A DNA stretch of 64,000 bases from Paraphysomonas bandaiensis (lineage: Eukaryota > Protista > Chrysophyceae). Location of the stretch: contig CBFFRP010000297.1 in NCBI GenBank assembly GCA_965644295.1, positions 806,001 to 870,000 on the forward strand. The letters are read 5' to 3'. A program made the translations under genes and the position numbers. Shown here in pieces: positions 50,692 to 63,185 of this stretch. The notes under the pieces are model-generated. The model worked only from the letters and a program-made list of their open reading frames with translations, did not search any database and was not told the origin of the DNA. The first letter of the stretch is position 1; every line of letters begins with the position of its first letter.

Positions 50692-51062
50692 TTGTCATGA
50701 ATGTGCCCCGTAAGCCGTTCAAAGACGTATTAAATCAAGCGGTAAAGTATGTATAGATATAATATGTGTTCGTCGTCGAGTAGATAAAACTACTTCCTGC
50801 TTTCATTCTCTGTTGATTTTGCGCTTCTTATATGCTAGTTCTACATTATACTAGTAATTAAAAACGATATTATAATTTTAATTCGAGGAATTGGCCCTAG
50901 ATCACTTGATTTATACGCTAATGAGTGTGAGGTACTTGTTATTTGTTAACACTGTGCGTTCCAGATTCCAGTATAAAAGCTCTCAACTTGATCGCGAAAT
51001 CTGTACCAAACGAATAGTCCTTAAGTTCGTTGATGGGGATTAATAACCAAGACACTACTACA

Positions 51063-52346
51063 CAGGGCTAGGAAACAATATATTGCAATACTATTGATAG
51101 ATAGCGTTCCAACAATACTATTGATGGAGATTTTAAACAGGCTCAACAATACAATTACAATATATTGCAATATATTGTCAATATATTGCAATATATTAGT
51201 ATGACTAATCAGTAAGTAAACACATCCGTAGATTCCATTTTTAGTATTAGTCATTAAGATCTTATGACAACCAAACCCACAACTGCTTATAGCTACTAAA
51301 AATCCACCTCGTTCTCATCCTCTGAGCCATCATCGCTGACGTCAACATCACCATATTCATCCAAAATTAATTCTGAGGCTGCTTAAACTTCCCCATGAGT
51401 AGGTCTACGTGCCGAATGAGAGATCTAATGCCTTGGTCAGGTCTTGTCACAACTCCTTCCTTATTTCGCTTCTCTTTGTTCCCGAGGAGTTCATTGACCG
51501 CAAGGTTAAGTCGATGAGATGACATCCAACTAGGGGCACACCTATACACTATTGAAAAGTTATAACAGACGACGATTTGACTCAAACAAAGGTATTACCG
51601 GAATCGTTTGCCAGCTTTCTGTTTGTAACGCAGTTGTTCCCAATGCAAAACTCAACAATAATGCAAACATTATCAGCATTAATCACTCTACCCACTCTCA
51701 AAAATGTTTTTGCTTTGCCCGAAGGTTGGAAAACAAAAGCATCCATGGGACCATTGGTGCAGACAACCCGTAAATACTTCTTCATGGAATCTTCCCACTC
51801 ACCATCATACATGTGACGATGTGTGGTTCTTCAAGTTGTTGTAGCCATTCGATATCTTTTGTACTCGTATGCGCCCACAGACTTTTCATTCATGCTTGCT
51901 TGGCTCACCTTCAACCGAACTCCAAAAACAGCGGTAAATATCTCTACTTTAGTATGCATTCATCGTTCAGTTGTCTCTTCTTATCACCATAGGATATATA
52001 TATATACTATATTAAGAGAAGTACTGTACATACATGTGGAGAGGTGTAGAGTATTGTTTGAGCTGGCGATACATAAAAAATAGAAAATAACATCAAAAAT
52101 AGGCTTTTTTTCTTATTTTCCGGATATTTATATACATGGACTTGTATTTTTTACCCCACAGTTAAGGATCTTCTCTTATATGACTATGATAATATTGATT
52201 GCAATATATTGCAATATATTGTGAGCCACTTTAACAGAAACAATATTGATGGGATTTTTGGCCGGTCGAACAATCAATATATTTTACAATATATTGCAAT
52301 ATATTGTACAATGTATTGCAATTCAATATATTGTTTCCTAGCCCTG
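51063..52346 (-). mobile_element. Non-autonomous hAT transposon with intact ends
   Basis: Perfect 23-bp TIR cagggctaggaaacaatatattg; perfect 8-bp TSD ctactaca (51055-51062 and 52347-52354); subterminal gcaatatatt arrays; frameshifted transposase pieces on the minus strand (FVFQPSGKAK; GVPLVGC/SHRLNLAVNEL; LIRHVDLLMGKFK). Confidence 0.92.
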
Positions 52347-52819
52347 CTACTACAGAACGAGTTGCCATTGTTAATGCAGATTTAAGCATAGTAATAGGAA
52401 TGTTGTGATTATTAGAATGCAAAGTTATGAACACAGTAATGTAGAAAAGTGTATAATAATGCAGAATATAACTATCACACACAACTGAATAGTTAGAAGT
52501 ATAACTGACAATGACGATCGTTATGATGACAAATTTAAATTTTATTACAAGATGTATATACTCTATTTCTGAGCATAACGACTCAGTCTATTTCGCTAGA
52601 TATAAAAAACACCAAATTGATCTTACAATCTTCTATACAAGATGTAAAACTGATAGACTTCTTAGGACTTCGCGCTCTATAGGAACACGTGAACACAGAA
52701 CATAAATACTTGATAACCTCATATCAGAATAGGAACACAGTTGACGGGGGGTTATAAACAGGTAGAAGATTGAAAGGATGATAGGTTCCTTATCGAGTGC
52801 ATTGTTGTGAGGGTATGAT

Positions 52820-53080
52820 TCAGGGGCACTGAGGAGTTACGTCTGGGAAGATACGCTGAGCTTTAGTTCTTTCAATCCATTGATTAACTTTCAATTCCAG
52901 TGTATCAAGAGGCATGGAATCAGATTCAATTAAACATCCATGAAAACTATTTAAATCAAATAATTCAGTTCCTAATTCTTGTTGTGCGATCATACGTAAA
53001 CGAGATATAGCCAACTCACTGACGTTATAGCAGGGATGTAGATGAGATTTAAGGGTTATTCTTTGTGCAGCACGGATCAT
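52820..53080 (-). pseudogene. Short ORF resembling only the extreme C-terminus of a DUF885-family protein
   Basis: YNVSELAISRLRMIAQQELGTELFDLNSFHGCLIESDSMPLDTLELKVNQWI matches the DUF885 terminal pattern (Y..GEL.I..LR..A...LG..FD...FH...L..G..PL..LE..V..W); the rest of the domain is absent. Confidence 0.6.
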
Positions 53081-53335
53081 TTGATTGGATTGTTGGGATA
53101 GAAGAGATAGAAGAGTTAGGTGTTGAGGTATGTGTGTTGATTGTTAGACTTGTATGTATGTATGTGATGGATGTGCGCTTACACTCTCACTATAGTGCTG
53201 TATGTATGTATGTACTGTATGTGTGAGGAGAGGAGAGGTGGACGATTTCATACATAAGACATAGTCAAAGAACATGGATCTGTGAACGTCACTCTGACGT
53301 ACTCTACACTACACTACTGCCGGGCCGAACGTACA

Positions 53336-53985
53336 ATGTATGTATGTATGTATGTATGTATGTATGTATGTATGTATGTATGTATGTATGTATGTATGTA
53401 TGTATGTATGTATGTATGTATGTATGTATGTATGTATGTATGTATGTATGTATGTATGTATGTATGCATGTATGTATGTATGTATGTATGTATGTATGTA
53501 TGTATGTATGTATGTATGTATGTATGTATGTATGTATGTATGTGTGTATGTATGTATGTATGTATGTATGTATGTATGTATGTATGTATGTATGTATGTA
53601 TGTATGTATGTATGTATGTATGTATGTATGTATGTATGTATGTATGTATGTATGTATGTATGTATGTATGTATGTATGTATGTATGTATGTATGTATGTA
53701 TGTATGTATGTATGTATGTATGTATGTATGTATGTATGTATGTATGTATGTATGTATGTATGTATGTATGTATGTATGTATGTATGTATGTATGTATGTA
53801 TGTATGTATGTATGTATGTATGTATGTATGTATGTATGTATGTATGTATGTATGTATGTATGTATGTATGTATGTATGTATGTATGTATGTATGTATGTA
53901 TGTATGTATGTATGTATGTATGTATGTATGTATGTATGTATGTATGTATGTATGTATGTATGTATGTATGTATGTATGTATGTAT
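53336..53985. repeat. (ATGT)n tetranucleotide microsatellite, ~650 bp
   Basis: Near-perfect array with two variant units (atgc near 53467, gtgt near 53544). Confidence 0.99.
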
Positions 53986-54286
53986 AGTATGTATACGTCA
54001 GCAGTACGTTTCGCTAAATATTCCCTCTTTGTGTTTTTGTGCAGTATATTTCAAGTAGAGATCGTCTATTTCAAGTACGGGATGTATATCCAGTACATGT
54101 ATATGTATACTGTGTATGTACATAGCTTCCAACTGGTGTTGAATATGAAGTGAAGTGTGAAGTATATCCAGCAGTCCACACAGCAGGCATATATACACAC
54201 ATATCTACACACATATCTACACATCACTCCCTCTCTACACACACATACACACATACCTCCCTTCTATCTATCTAACCCAATCAAAC

Positions 54287-54745
54287 ATGGTCCTCTCCCT
54301 TCCTATTCTCAAACTATCGGATCCTAATCGTAAGAATCCCGTCCCTCCTATTAAATATAATAAACTACAAGCTACTGAAATACGAGTAGAAACCAAACGA
54401 TCAATCGAACCAACATCTCGTTATGAGGATGATATCAGTCCCACTTATACATCAACACACATACCTTCATTTAGATCACATGATCCAATCACACGAATGG
54501 ATTCTAAATCGATTAGTTCACGTGATCGTGTATTCAAGCGTATGTTATCTCGAGCTACCAGCACAGCACATGAAATATTAGACACACACAAAACTAATGA
54601 ATCATATAGACGAAATGCAGCACATAAGACACCGTTACCAGTCGTGAATTCACCGTCTTCAACATCAGAAGGTTCAAGTATACGTTCTCTACGTCCTCGT
54701 GATCGTGTCTTATCGCGGATGCTGTATCGTAGTCATATTGCGTGA
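54287..54745 (+). CDS. Hypothetical basic protein, 152 aa, with a twice-repeated RDRV..RML.R motif
   Basis: ATG preceded by an AC-rich leader like other genes here; SRDRVFKRMLSRA and PRDRVLSRMLYRS. Confidence 0.55.
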   Translation: MVLSLPILKLSDPNRKNPVPPIKYNKLQATEIRVETKRSIEPTSRYEDDISPTYTSTHIPSFRSHDPITRMDSKSISSRDRVFKRMLSRATSTAHEILDTHKTNESYRRNAAHKTPLPVVNSPSSTSEGSSIRSLRPRDRVLSRMLYRSHIA

Positions 54746-55049
54746 AAGCAGTGCTTATATTTTGCCTTCAAATGTAAAGCCACATGTCGTATCGTGTCAT
54801 GATAAGCTCCAGTGCTTGGTTTTCACACGGTCAGCATGGAATTGGGCATATGTGGGATTGCTGTTAACGAGTGCATTCGATATTTATATGTCATACAAAA
54901 ATTTTGTTCTGTAGTATTTGTACAGTTATTCGTGTTGATTATCAGTATTTTATTTATTCGCACAATTGGCTATTAAATGCCGTTGTAGTGTTATGGTTTA
55001 TTAATATGCAGTACAATACAGCTCTATACATACAGTACATTGAATTTCA

Positions 55050-55583
55050 TAATTAAATTCTCCCAATTTACCAATAAACTCGAAGAGATAACTAATGCTT
55101 TGTCTACGTTGACATATCGGTATGCAAAGCACGTAGGAGTGGTGAGAAGCATGTAACAACCCGTCAGAAAATCACAAAGAGTTTGAGAGTCTAGTTGAGA
55201 ATGACGACACAGCGCAACGTTTGATTGATGATAGAAGACAGCGGAAGCGAGCACGTCTTAACCACCAAACTCGTTACCGCAGCATGAAACACTTGCATGC
55301 CACAACCAATAAGGTTGAAAGGTTGTTCAGTAGAGCTAAGATTGTTATGACTGATTTGCGCAAGAGTATGACTCCTCGGCATTTGGAGTTTTTACGCATG
55401 AACCGTCGCCTCTGGTGGAATAAAAAGACAGTTGAGGTAGCTATATTGGCAGCTAATGTAGTTTAGTATGAAATAATTGCAATTAATTGCAATAGTTGAA
55501 ATTGAAACAGCAAGTAATAATTGCAATTATAATTGACTACAACCTGCGTCAATTAATTGACAATTAATTGATACGCAGCCCTG
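55050..55583 (+). mobile_element. hAT transposon 3' remnant
   Basis: ATTNKVERLFSRAKIVMTDLRKSMTPRHLE..LRMNRRLW (hAT dimerisation-like); caattaattg subterminal repeats; terminus gatacgcagccctg. Left end not found. Confidence 0.8.
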
Positions 55584-55699
55584 GTTTTCTCTACCTCGAA
55601 ATCTAATTCTGATCGTTTTATTGCAGTGTCGGCGCATAGAGGAGATGCTATATCTTAAAAACATTTAATTCTTATTAATTAAAAGCATATACCATAAAC

Positions 55700-55807
55700 C
55701 ATAAATGGCCTATTAATGGTAGCCGAGTTACCGGCAATTATTATGTCAATAAGAAAATTGTCTCAGCGAATTATAATGGCATTACTTTAATGGTTACCAG
55801 ACCCAGA
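55700..55807. mobile_element. Second copy of the orphan terminus family seen at 34605-34681
   Basis: tattaatggt ... ttataatggcattactttaatggttaccagacccag. Confidence 0.45.
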
Positions 55808-56470
55808 TTAGAATTGTGACCATTACATGAAGGAGTGCAGTAGTGATTAACAGTATTACATTACATTTTTAAGATTTGAGATCGTAGTAAAATGATTGGT
55901 AGGTAAGATCATCTTAATTTGATGAATGACAAGGAATGATAAGTGATATCGATCATAATTTATAATGAAAGCATTGAGTGTGATGTATTTTCAGTTTATC
56001 AAGCATTTACCATCCTATTATGTCGAATATTGATAGGTTTCAACTTAGTAACACTTACTTCTATTCACACTTAGTAACAACTTAGTAACACTATACACAC
56101 ACTTAGTTATATAGACCGCACATACTTAATAAACTTATATGTGCATAGCTAGAAGAACTAGGACCTATATACTTTTATACGCAATACTATTTCTATAAAA
56201 TATATTTATATATTAGTATCATGTCATTGAGAATAGTACTGTATTTTATTTTTTACGAAAGTACAATAGAAATTAGATTTCTCAAATCGAGACAAGTAGA
56301 TATGTACATGGTAAATCTTATTAGTCATATCTATTTACATAATAGAGACTACAAAAACAACACAAATGGCCTCATCTTCATACTACGACACTCTCAATGT
56401 AGGATTTAAAAATGTCAAAAAACAATGAATACAAAATCATTCTCACGAGCGTTTTCACAGATGAATCTAT

Positions 56471-59400
56471 TTACTTCCTACTTCGCAAAGCCTCCAACAT
56501 GCTAACTTTTTTATCTGTTTTTTTCTTGATACCTCTAGCTTTGCCAACATCTTCGTCACTGTCTTCACTACTGCTGTCAAAAAAATCGTCACTGTCACTT
56601 CCATCATTCGCGAGTCTATTCCTTCGAGATGCTATGCGCTTGAAATTTAGCGCCACTTCTCTGTCTCTTTCGGACTCCTCTTTGCGTCGCTTTTCCGCCA
56701 GCTCTTCCTGTATAGTACTCTCAGACTTGGCAATATTCTGATGCTCACAGTCAGCCGATGACGAACCCTGCCAATGGCGCCGCCCAGAGTCCACTTGAAA
56801 ATATTTCAATATAATATAGCACTTGCTCTGTTAGAAAGCACTTACCTCCTACATCTGAAAAATTGGAAAGAGACGAAGTGGACGTTCCAGGTCTTTCGGT
56901 GTCGTCTTTCGGTATCGCAACCGCATCAACTCCACGCTTCATACGTGACCGCTCACGCACAAACCCTAAATAAGCACATTAAGCACTGGCCGCAGCTTTG
57001 ATTGGACCGCCAATACATACCGTCAGTAATATCTTCAATATCTTCAGAACCTACAGGTGCGGACGTCTTAAGTACATTTTTGGATTTGTTTTTTACTCTA
57101 TCCAACTCGCTATACTGTCCGGGAATTGGATTTTCAACCAAACATCTAATATCGTCAGATACACTGGCGTGAAAGTCGTGACATAGAGTAGTATATAGCG
57201 CTAAACTCATATGCTCTATATCTTGAAGCAGCCGTTGCGGAATACCGTCAACAAGAACAGCTTGTGATGAAATACTGCGCCTGAACTCCGATTCTGCGTC
57301 GATAGAAATATCCATCTGCTTTAGCTCCTTGACGTACTCTTCATCTAAGAGGGGAAGTGGAAGAGATGACGGCAAAGAGAAAGATGCAACCGTTTTTTTC
57401 CCTTGACGCTTTTGTCGATGACCATTTTGTAGTGGAAGTCTTCCTAAATTGAGTACAGCCTCCAACTCTGACAATCGCCTCAATATCAGTAGACACCCTC
57501 CTCTTAAATGAATGCATTGTGGTGCCATTATAACCATTCGCAAACTCAGGCATACATGGCGTACAATAGTATGTGCGAGCCCGTTGTAGTTAAGGGATCC
57601 CAATGCTTCCGCACCACCATCATTGGTACTGAACATCCACCGCACCATTTTAATACAGTCTATAGTTCGTTTGAGCTTGCCTGCAAGGCTATATTTTGCC
57701 CTGCACATCGCAGGAACAGTATGTACAATATCACCCCAAACGTCTTCTGTTTCTCCATTCACTGTAACACCGGCACCCTTTCCAATAATAGTAGCCGCAC
57801 CAAGTCGTTCGTACGCACCAACAACATCTCCTTGTATATATGACTCTTGGCTCTCCTCAGCATGCCTGATAGACTCGTGTTCCATGCACCTTCGGACACT
57901 GTCTCTATCCATTGCACAAGACCATACGGCAGCTTCCGCCTCTGAGCTGGCCCACAGTGTTGAACCCAACAGTCGAGCAACGGTCTCTGATCTTCCAATA
58001 GTAAGCTTCTTTTTCTCGGCCGAGAGAAGAGGAGTATTAGAAGTAGAATTCTTTTCTGCTGCAGCTGCAGGAACGTCGAGACCTCGGATAACACCCAGCA
58101 GGGAAAATCTTAAGGTTACAGGTGTATATATTTTGACCATCTTTCGGAGTGCCCGCGACACTTTAAACCCCACAGCACTTCCAGGAGCAATTCGTGGGAT
58201 GTCTGTTGCGGTTGGATCCGCGTCAACTTCACCGGTTATATCCACATCGGCACTGTCCACGTGCCCTCTAATCTGACCTCTAACAGCATCCTGGAGTAGT
58301 TCAAGTAGGCCGGTAGGGTTAGCCATGCCACCATCACTTCCGCCAGAACGGTCTCCAGAAGTATCTACCAGCAGTGCTGCGGCATCAATAAATGCCAATC
58401 CCACCTAGAAATAAGAGATTAGTCATCAGTCCTGGCTGGAGAGTATACTAACCTTAGCAGCTTTTTTCCGAAATGACGCAGCGTAAGACTCGTCAGTCAT
58501 TAGTCGATTCGCAGAGAACTTGAAAACCTTGGAGCTATTGGGGGATGCGGTGGATGACACTGGCACACGTACTTGATGCACAGCCCAGTCAGAACTCTTA
58601 CACATATGTAAGAACGATACTTCAACTTCAACGGCAAATAAATCTCTTATAATGGGGACTGCAGACGGAACATCATGTTCAACTTTCATCACAACCTCAA
58701 AGTCAATATTCCCCGGAAAAGATAGAGACCATATATCATCACTAACTGCTACATGAGATTTTTTAATTTTATTTCCATCAGTATCACTGTCTGAATCTTC
58801 TGCGGTAGTAATTGGGTCCTCTAGCACCTCCACAACACCACGGTTGGATACAAGATACTTGAAAGGCTCGTCCCGCTTCGATGGTGGCTTGGGAATCACC
58901 TTTGGGGCAAACACAGAGGTTTCTGGAGGTATTCCCCAATGCAAGGCAGTTTCGACAGAAACACCACAGTACATACCAACAATTATTCCAGCCCCAGCGG
59001 ACCCTGGGGCACCAGGAAGGACAGGCGGTATTGCCCACAAGTTGCAGTATACTAATTTCCAATGTGTGCATAAAATATCAACGAGGGGCTTAGGACCCGC
59101 AAGACCACCCTTTAGGTTTGATGCTAATTGGCTTAAAGGAATTCGATGGGAGTAAAAGAATGTACTTTGGATCGGCTTATGCGATTCCAATGTGGCTGGA
59201 AGCCTTATACCAGAGTAAATTTTTCCAATCATGTTCACATCAGAGACTTCGTTCCATAGCTGAAGTTTAGTGCTATATGGATATATTCGTTGGCATATTA
59301 CAACATACGGGTTAACCTGCTCCTGAGCAGAAAACATATCGAAGTATGATTCCGTGAGTGCACTGCTCAACATATATGATGTTAAAGAAGAAATAAATGA

Positions 59401-62400
59401 ATAAAATACGCACCTATAGGCTAATGACTCGACCATATACCGCAATCTTACCACCTCTAAGGTGATACACATCGGGAATTCTTGTCTACGCAGTTGTTCG
59501 TCGGCGAGACATGCCTTCACATCTATTGCTCCCAGTCGACCGATAAAATTCAAGCCTAAGGCACCTAAAAGCTCAATGGTATCCGGGAGGTCGGCCGGAG
59601 GGGTTCCGCGCTCAATGAGATGTCTACACAGGATCGAAGTACGAGAATCTTGGTGCGTAGAAATTAGTGCTCCTTCGGATATAACTAACTCCTCCCGTTT
59701 AGCTGCCGCATCTAACCCAAGGCTAGAAGGTACATATTAAGTGTGCACTTCTGATGTGGAACCATCAAGTTTACTTACACGTATATGGGAACCTCGTCCT
59801 TATCGTTAACTCCATATGATTCAGAATTTTGTTCAATAAGCTGCCTTAGCACTGCTCTCGGACGATATGGCCGCCACCCTCCTGTAGAATCTATCCCTTC
59901 ACTTCCATTTCCTGAAACACAAAAATAAAATAAAATCCATGCAGCATTTATACAGGTGCATCGTAATATTACCTACTCCTCGTGCGCGACAATATCCTAC
60001 ATGCAGCAAATATTAGCCAACTGAATAATTCGAAGGCTGTTATAACAGCCATTGAAAGTCGTATATACATACACCTACCTATCAGCTCACACAGAGTGAT
60101 CGGGGTATGTTTGAGTGATTTCCATGTCGGGTTGGGTAGATCTTTCAATGTTCCATAAGAGATACCCACCATAGCTGCTTTCGAGAACGGGGTTTTATAT
60201 CTGTATCTGCAGTCAGTGTCCATTTGTATAAGCTCAATAAGTGCATCTCCTCCAACAGAAGTACAGAGCATTCTCAAAAAGCTTGATATCCGATTCAACG
60301 GCTCGTCGAGAGACTTCAACGCACGAAACATGTCATTCTGAACGGAGTGCCAGTCTCCAGTTTCACTTCCTCTGCGGATAAACACATCGCTGCTTGGAAG
60401 AAGCGGATGAGATACGTGCTTCGAATTAAACAGCGTGGCTATGTCAGTCATAACCCTTTTCAGTATATAAATGGCCTCACTACTTCGCAAAAAATGCACA
60501 TCTCGATGTAGAGAGAGCATTAAGTTTCTCAGTTCAATTAGGCTTAACCCGACAGAGTCGTATATGAAAAATACACTTTGGCGGCAGATCTCAGCTTCGT
60601 TGGTCCAATGTGGATTAGCTTTTTTACATGAATCAGCTTCATCGGGTGAAGTAAAGTATGGACACCGCTCAATGCAGGAGACAATCATGAGAATAACGCA
60701 GCTTCGTAACGTGTCTGCAGCATCCACCATGGCTTGAATAATCCCCGACGAATTGCTAGCGAGTGCCGATAACTGCTTCAAACAATGCGAGGGGGGTATA
60801 GAAAGTTCCTCTCCAGTGGAACGGGAGGCAGATACGGACTCTTCCTTTTCCTTGCGTGGTTGAGGCTGTGTCGCTGATTCATCCGTTGTGATGAAGGCTT
60901 GTATCAGCATCATCCACCGTCCGCATATAGCAAACTCGCCATTGTCCAAATATTTTAATGCTTGAATACAATAGCTAGAGATAACATTTCGAATAAGTGG
61001 ATCTTCATCATTTGCATTTTGTTTTGTTTTACTCTTCCTGTTCTTAATTTTCACTGGTGCTTCTTCTCTTGTCCTCGCTTTGAGTGCCCTGGAATACTGC
61101 AGACAAACTGACAAATACAGTCGCATATCGGACATATGAAAAAACACGCCTCGGACTAAAGAATCTAGCGGAAGTTGACTAAAGCAGCGGATTTTCGAGT
61201 CTGGCAGAACGTCACCGCCTGCAGCCTTAGCTTTGTGTAAAGGGGGAACAGACGTTCCTTCAGTTGTCGATACAGAGGAAGTGTCCACAAAAGTAAATTT
61301 GTATCGACGATTCACGCGAATAAAACTGGTCGATTGCTCTGCGCTCAGCAAATGTCTATGCTGTGGTGAACATAGACTTACAGGTAAGTATCTCGATACT
61401 CGCAAGTACAGTTCCAAAGACAACTCTCCACCTTCAACAATTGCAGACTTCATTGTTGTCAAAACTAGTTGCTTCCGATTACGAATATCAGCAAGAGAGA
61501 ATGACGTCAGTGTTCCATTCTCTGATACATATCCAAAAATAATTTAACATTGCGTACCACGTTTTGAGGAACTACTCACTTGACAAGACTCTGCAGTCTG
61601 AGCATACTACATACTTATTTTTCTTCGCATGGTCCATTTCTTCAAAGACACGCCGAATCATTACTATTAGACAATCGTCTAAGCGGGGGCCGTAGACAAT
61701 TACTTCTACCACCATGTCGAGAACATGCGGACGAGGACTAAGCAAGGGATTGTTGCCCATACCACCTAATACACACTTTATTAACGCTTCACCTTGACAT
61801 GCGTACGTTTACCTGCTGTGAGAGCAGCTTCAACGAAAAAAACTTCGGTGTCGCCTTTTTTAGTGGTCGTCGGGAGGTTGCCCAGGGACTCATGAACAGC
61901 AGCAACTGTTCCTTCAAGCAATTTTACATCAGCTGGGGTCAATATCTAGCTATTGCGGTGAGTCTATTGTAGGAGTCAGGAGAGATATCTCACCTTCAGA
62001 TGATGGGACAGAGCAACACCATTCGTTTTCTTAAATCGAACAAGTGTGAAGGATTCGATTGACTGTGGCGACTGACCTTCAGGCCATATATCAATATACG
62101 CCAGGCGCGGTGGTAAATCTAGCAATAGAAAGTCAGAATCAACACTATGCTAAGAAAATGCATTCATACCTAAGAGCCTCTCTTTTCTCCGTAGAATGTG
62201 TATCAGTGTTTGGAAAGGATATGCAGGAAGGTAACGTGTATTCCGATTGATACAGTAGAGGGCAGAGGCCACATGGTCATCAATATTCCAGTCCTATTTG
62301 ATAATAATCAACTTGTCCATGTCATATATATGTATGTGTATATGTACCTCTATTTTGGCATCTTCTCTACGTTTCGTGGCTGTATGATGATGAACTTTAT

Positions 62401-62467
62401 TACCATTCGTCTCTACCGCAATATTATCTTGACGAGGAAGATTATCTTCTGAATCAGATATTTCCAT
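56471..62467 (-). CDS. Large multi-exon hypothetical protein (roughly 1,700 aa), no family recognised
   Basis: Collinear long minus-strand ORFs (59969-61462, 58426-59553, 56953-58404, 56471-56809 and smaller 5' exons) separated by short GT-AG gaps; charged basic C-terminus. Confidence 0.7.
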
Positions 62468-63185
62468 TGCTACTATCACAGCTAACACGCGTCTTATATA
62501 TATATATATACACCTAACACATATATATATAACGACACAGTGAGGTAGATTGTGTCCAATGAATGAAGTGTATAACAGTAAAAGTATTCATAATAATGAT
62601 GAAAAACATATAAACAACATCTCTTATGAATTATAACATGAAGAGTTAGTTATATCTTTGCCTGTAAACCCATCAGCTCAGATGTATGTATGTATGTGAT
62701 TACTTTAAGTTTTCTACCTTATGATTTATATTAAATTTCCTTTAAATTTCATGTATAAAAACTGAAAATATCGGAATTTTAGATTTTATTATATAAAAAT
62801 TCTCTATTTCCTTTTTTAGTGTGTTGTAAAAATTGTCAAATAAAAGCTAGAATCTGTCGAATTTTTGTAAAAAAATACCATTTTTATCCTAAAAATTAAC
62901 TTAAAAAACAGAAAATATTCCAATATTTTGCTCATATTGGTGTACAATGTATGTAAATCCCCGAAAGAAAATCATGGACAGATGTCCCATATGTAGAATT
63001 TTCTCCTATGAATATATACGTACATATATACGTACATGTACAATGGAACATACGTGTGTATATATACATGTACGTGTATACACAGAAACATCTCGATAGA
63101 TATGAATCCATATCAGAGTGAGTCACATTCCATTCCTATACCACACTTATTCTTATAAGAGTAACCTACACTATCTTGTGTATAT

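Noticed and set aside
53036-53065. PTS2-like signal RITLKSHL at the start of the DUF885-like ORF
   Set aside because: Spacing is x4 rather than the x5 of the PTS2 consensus.
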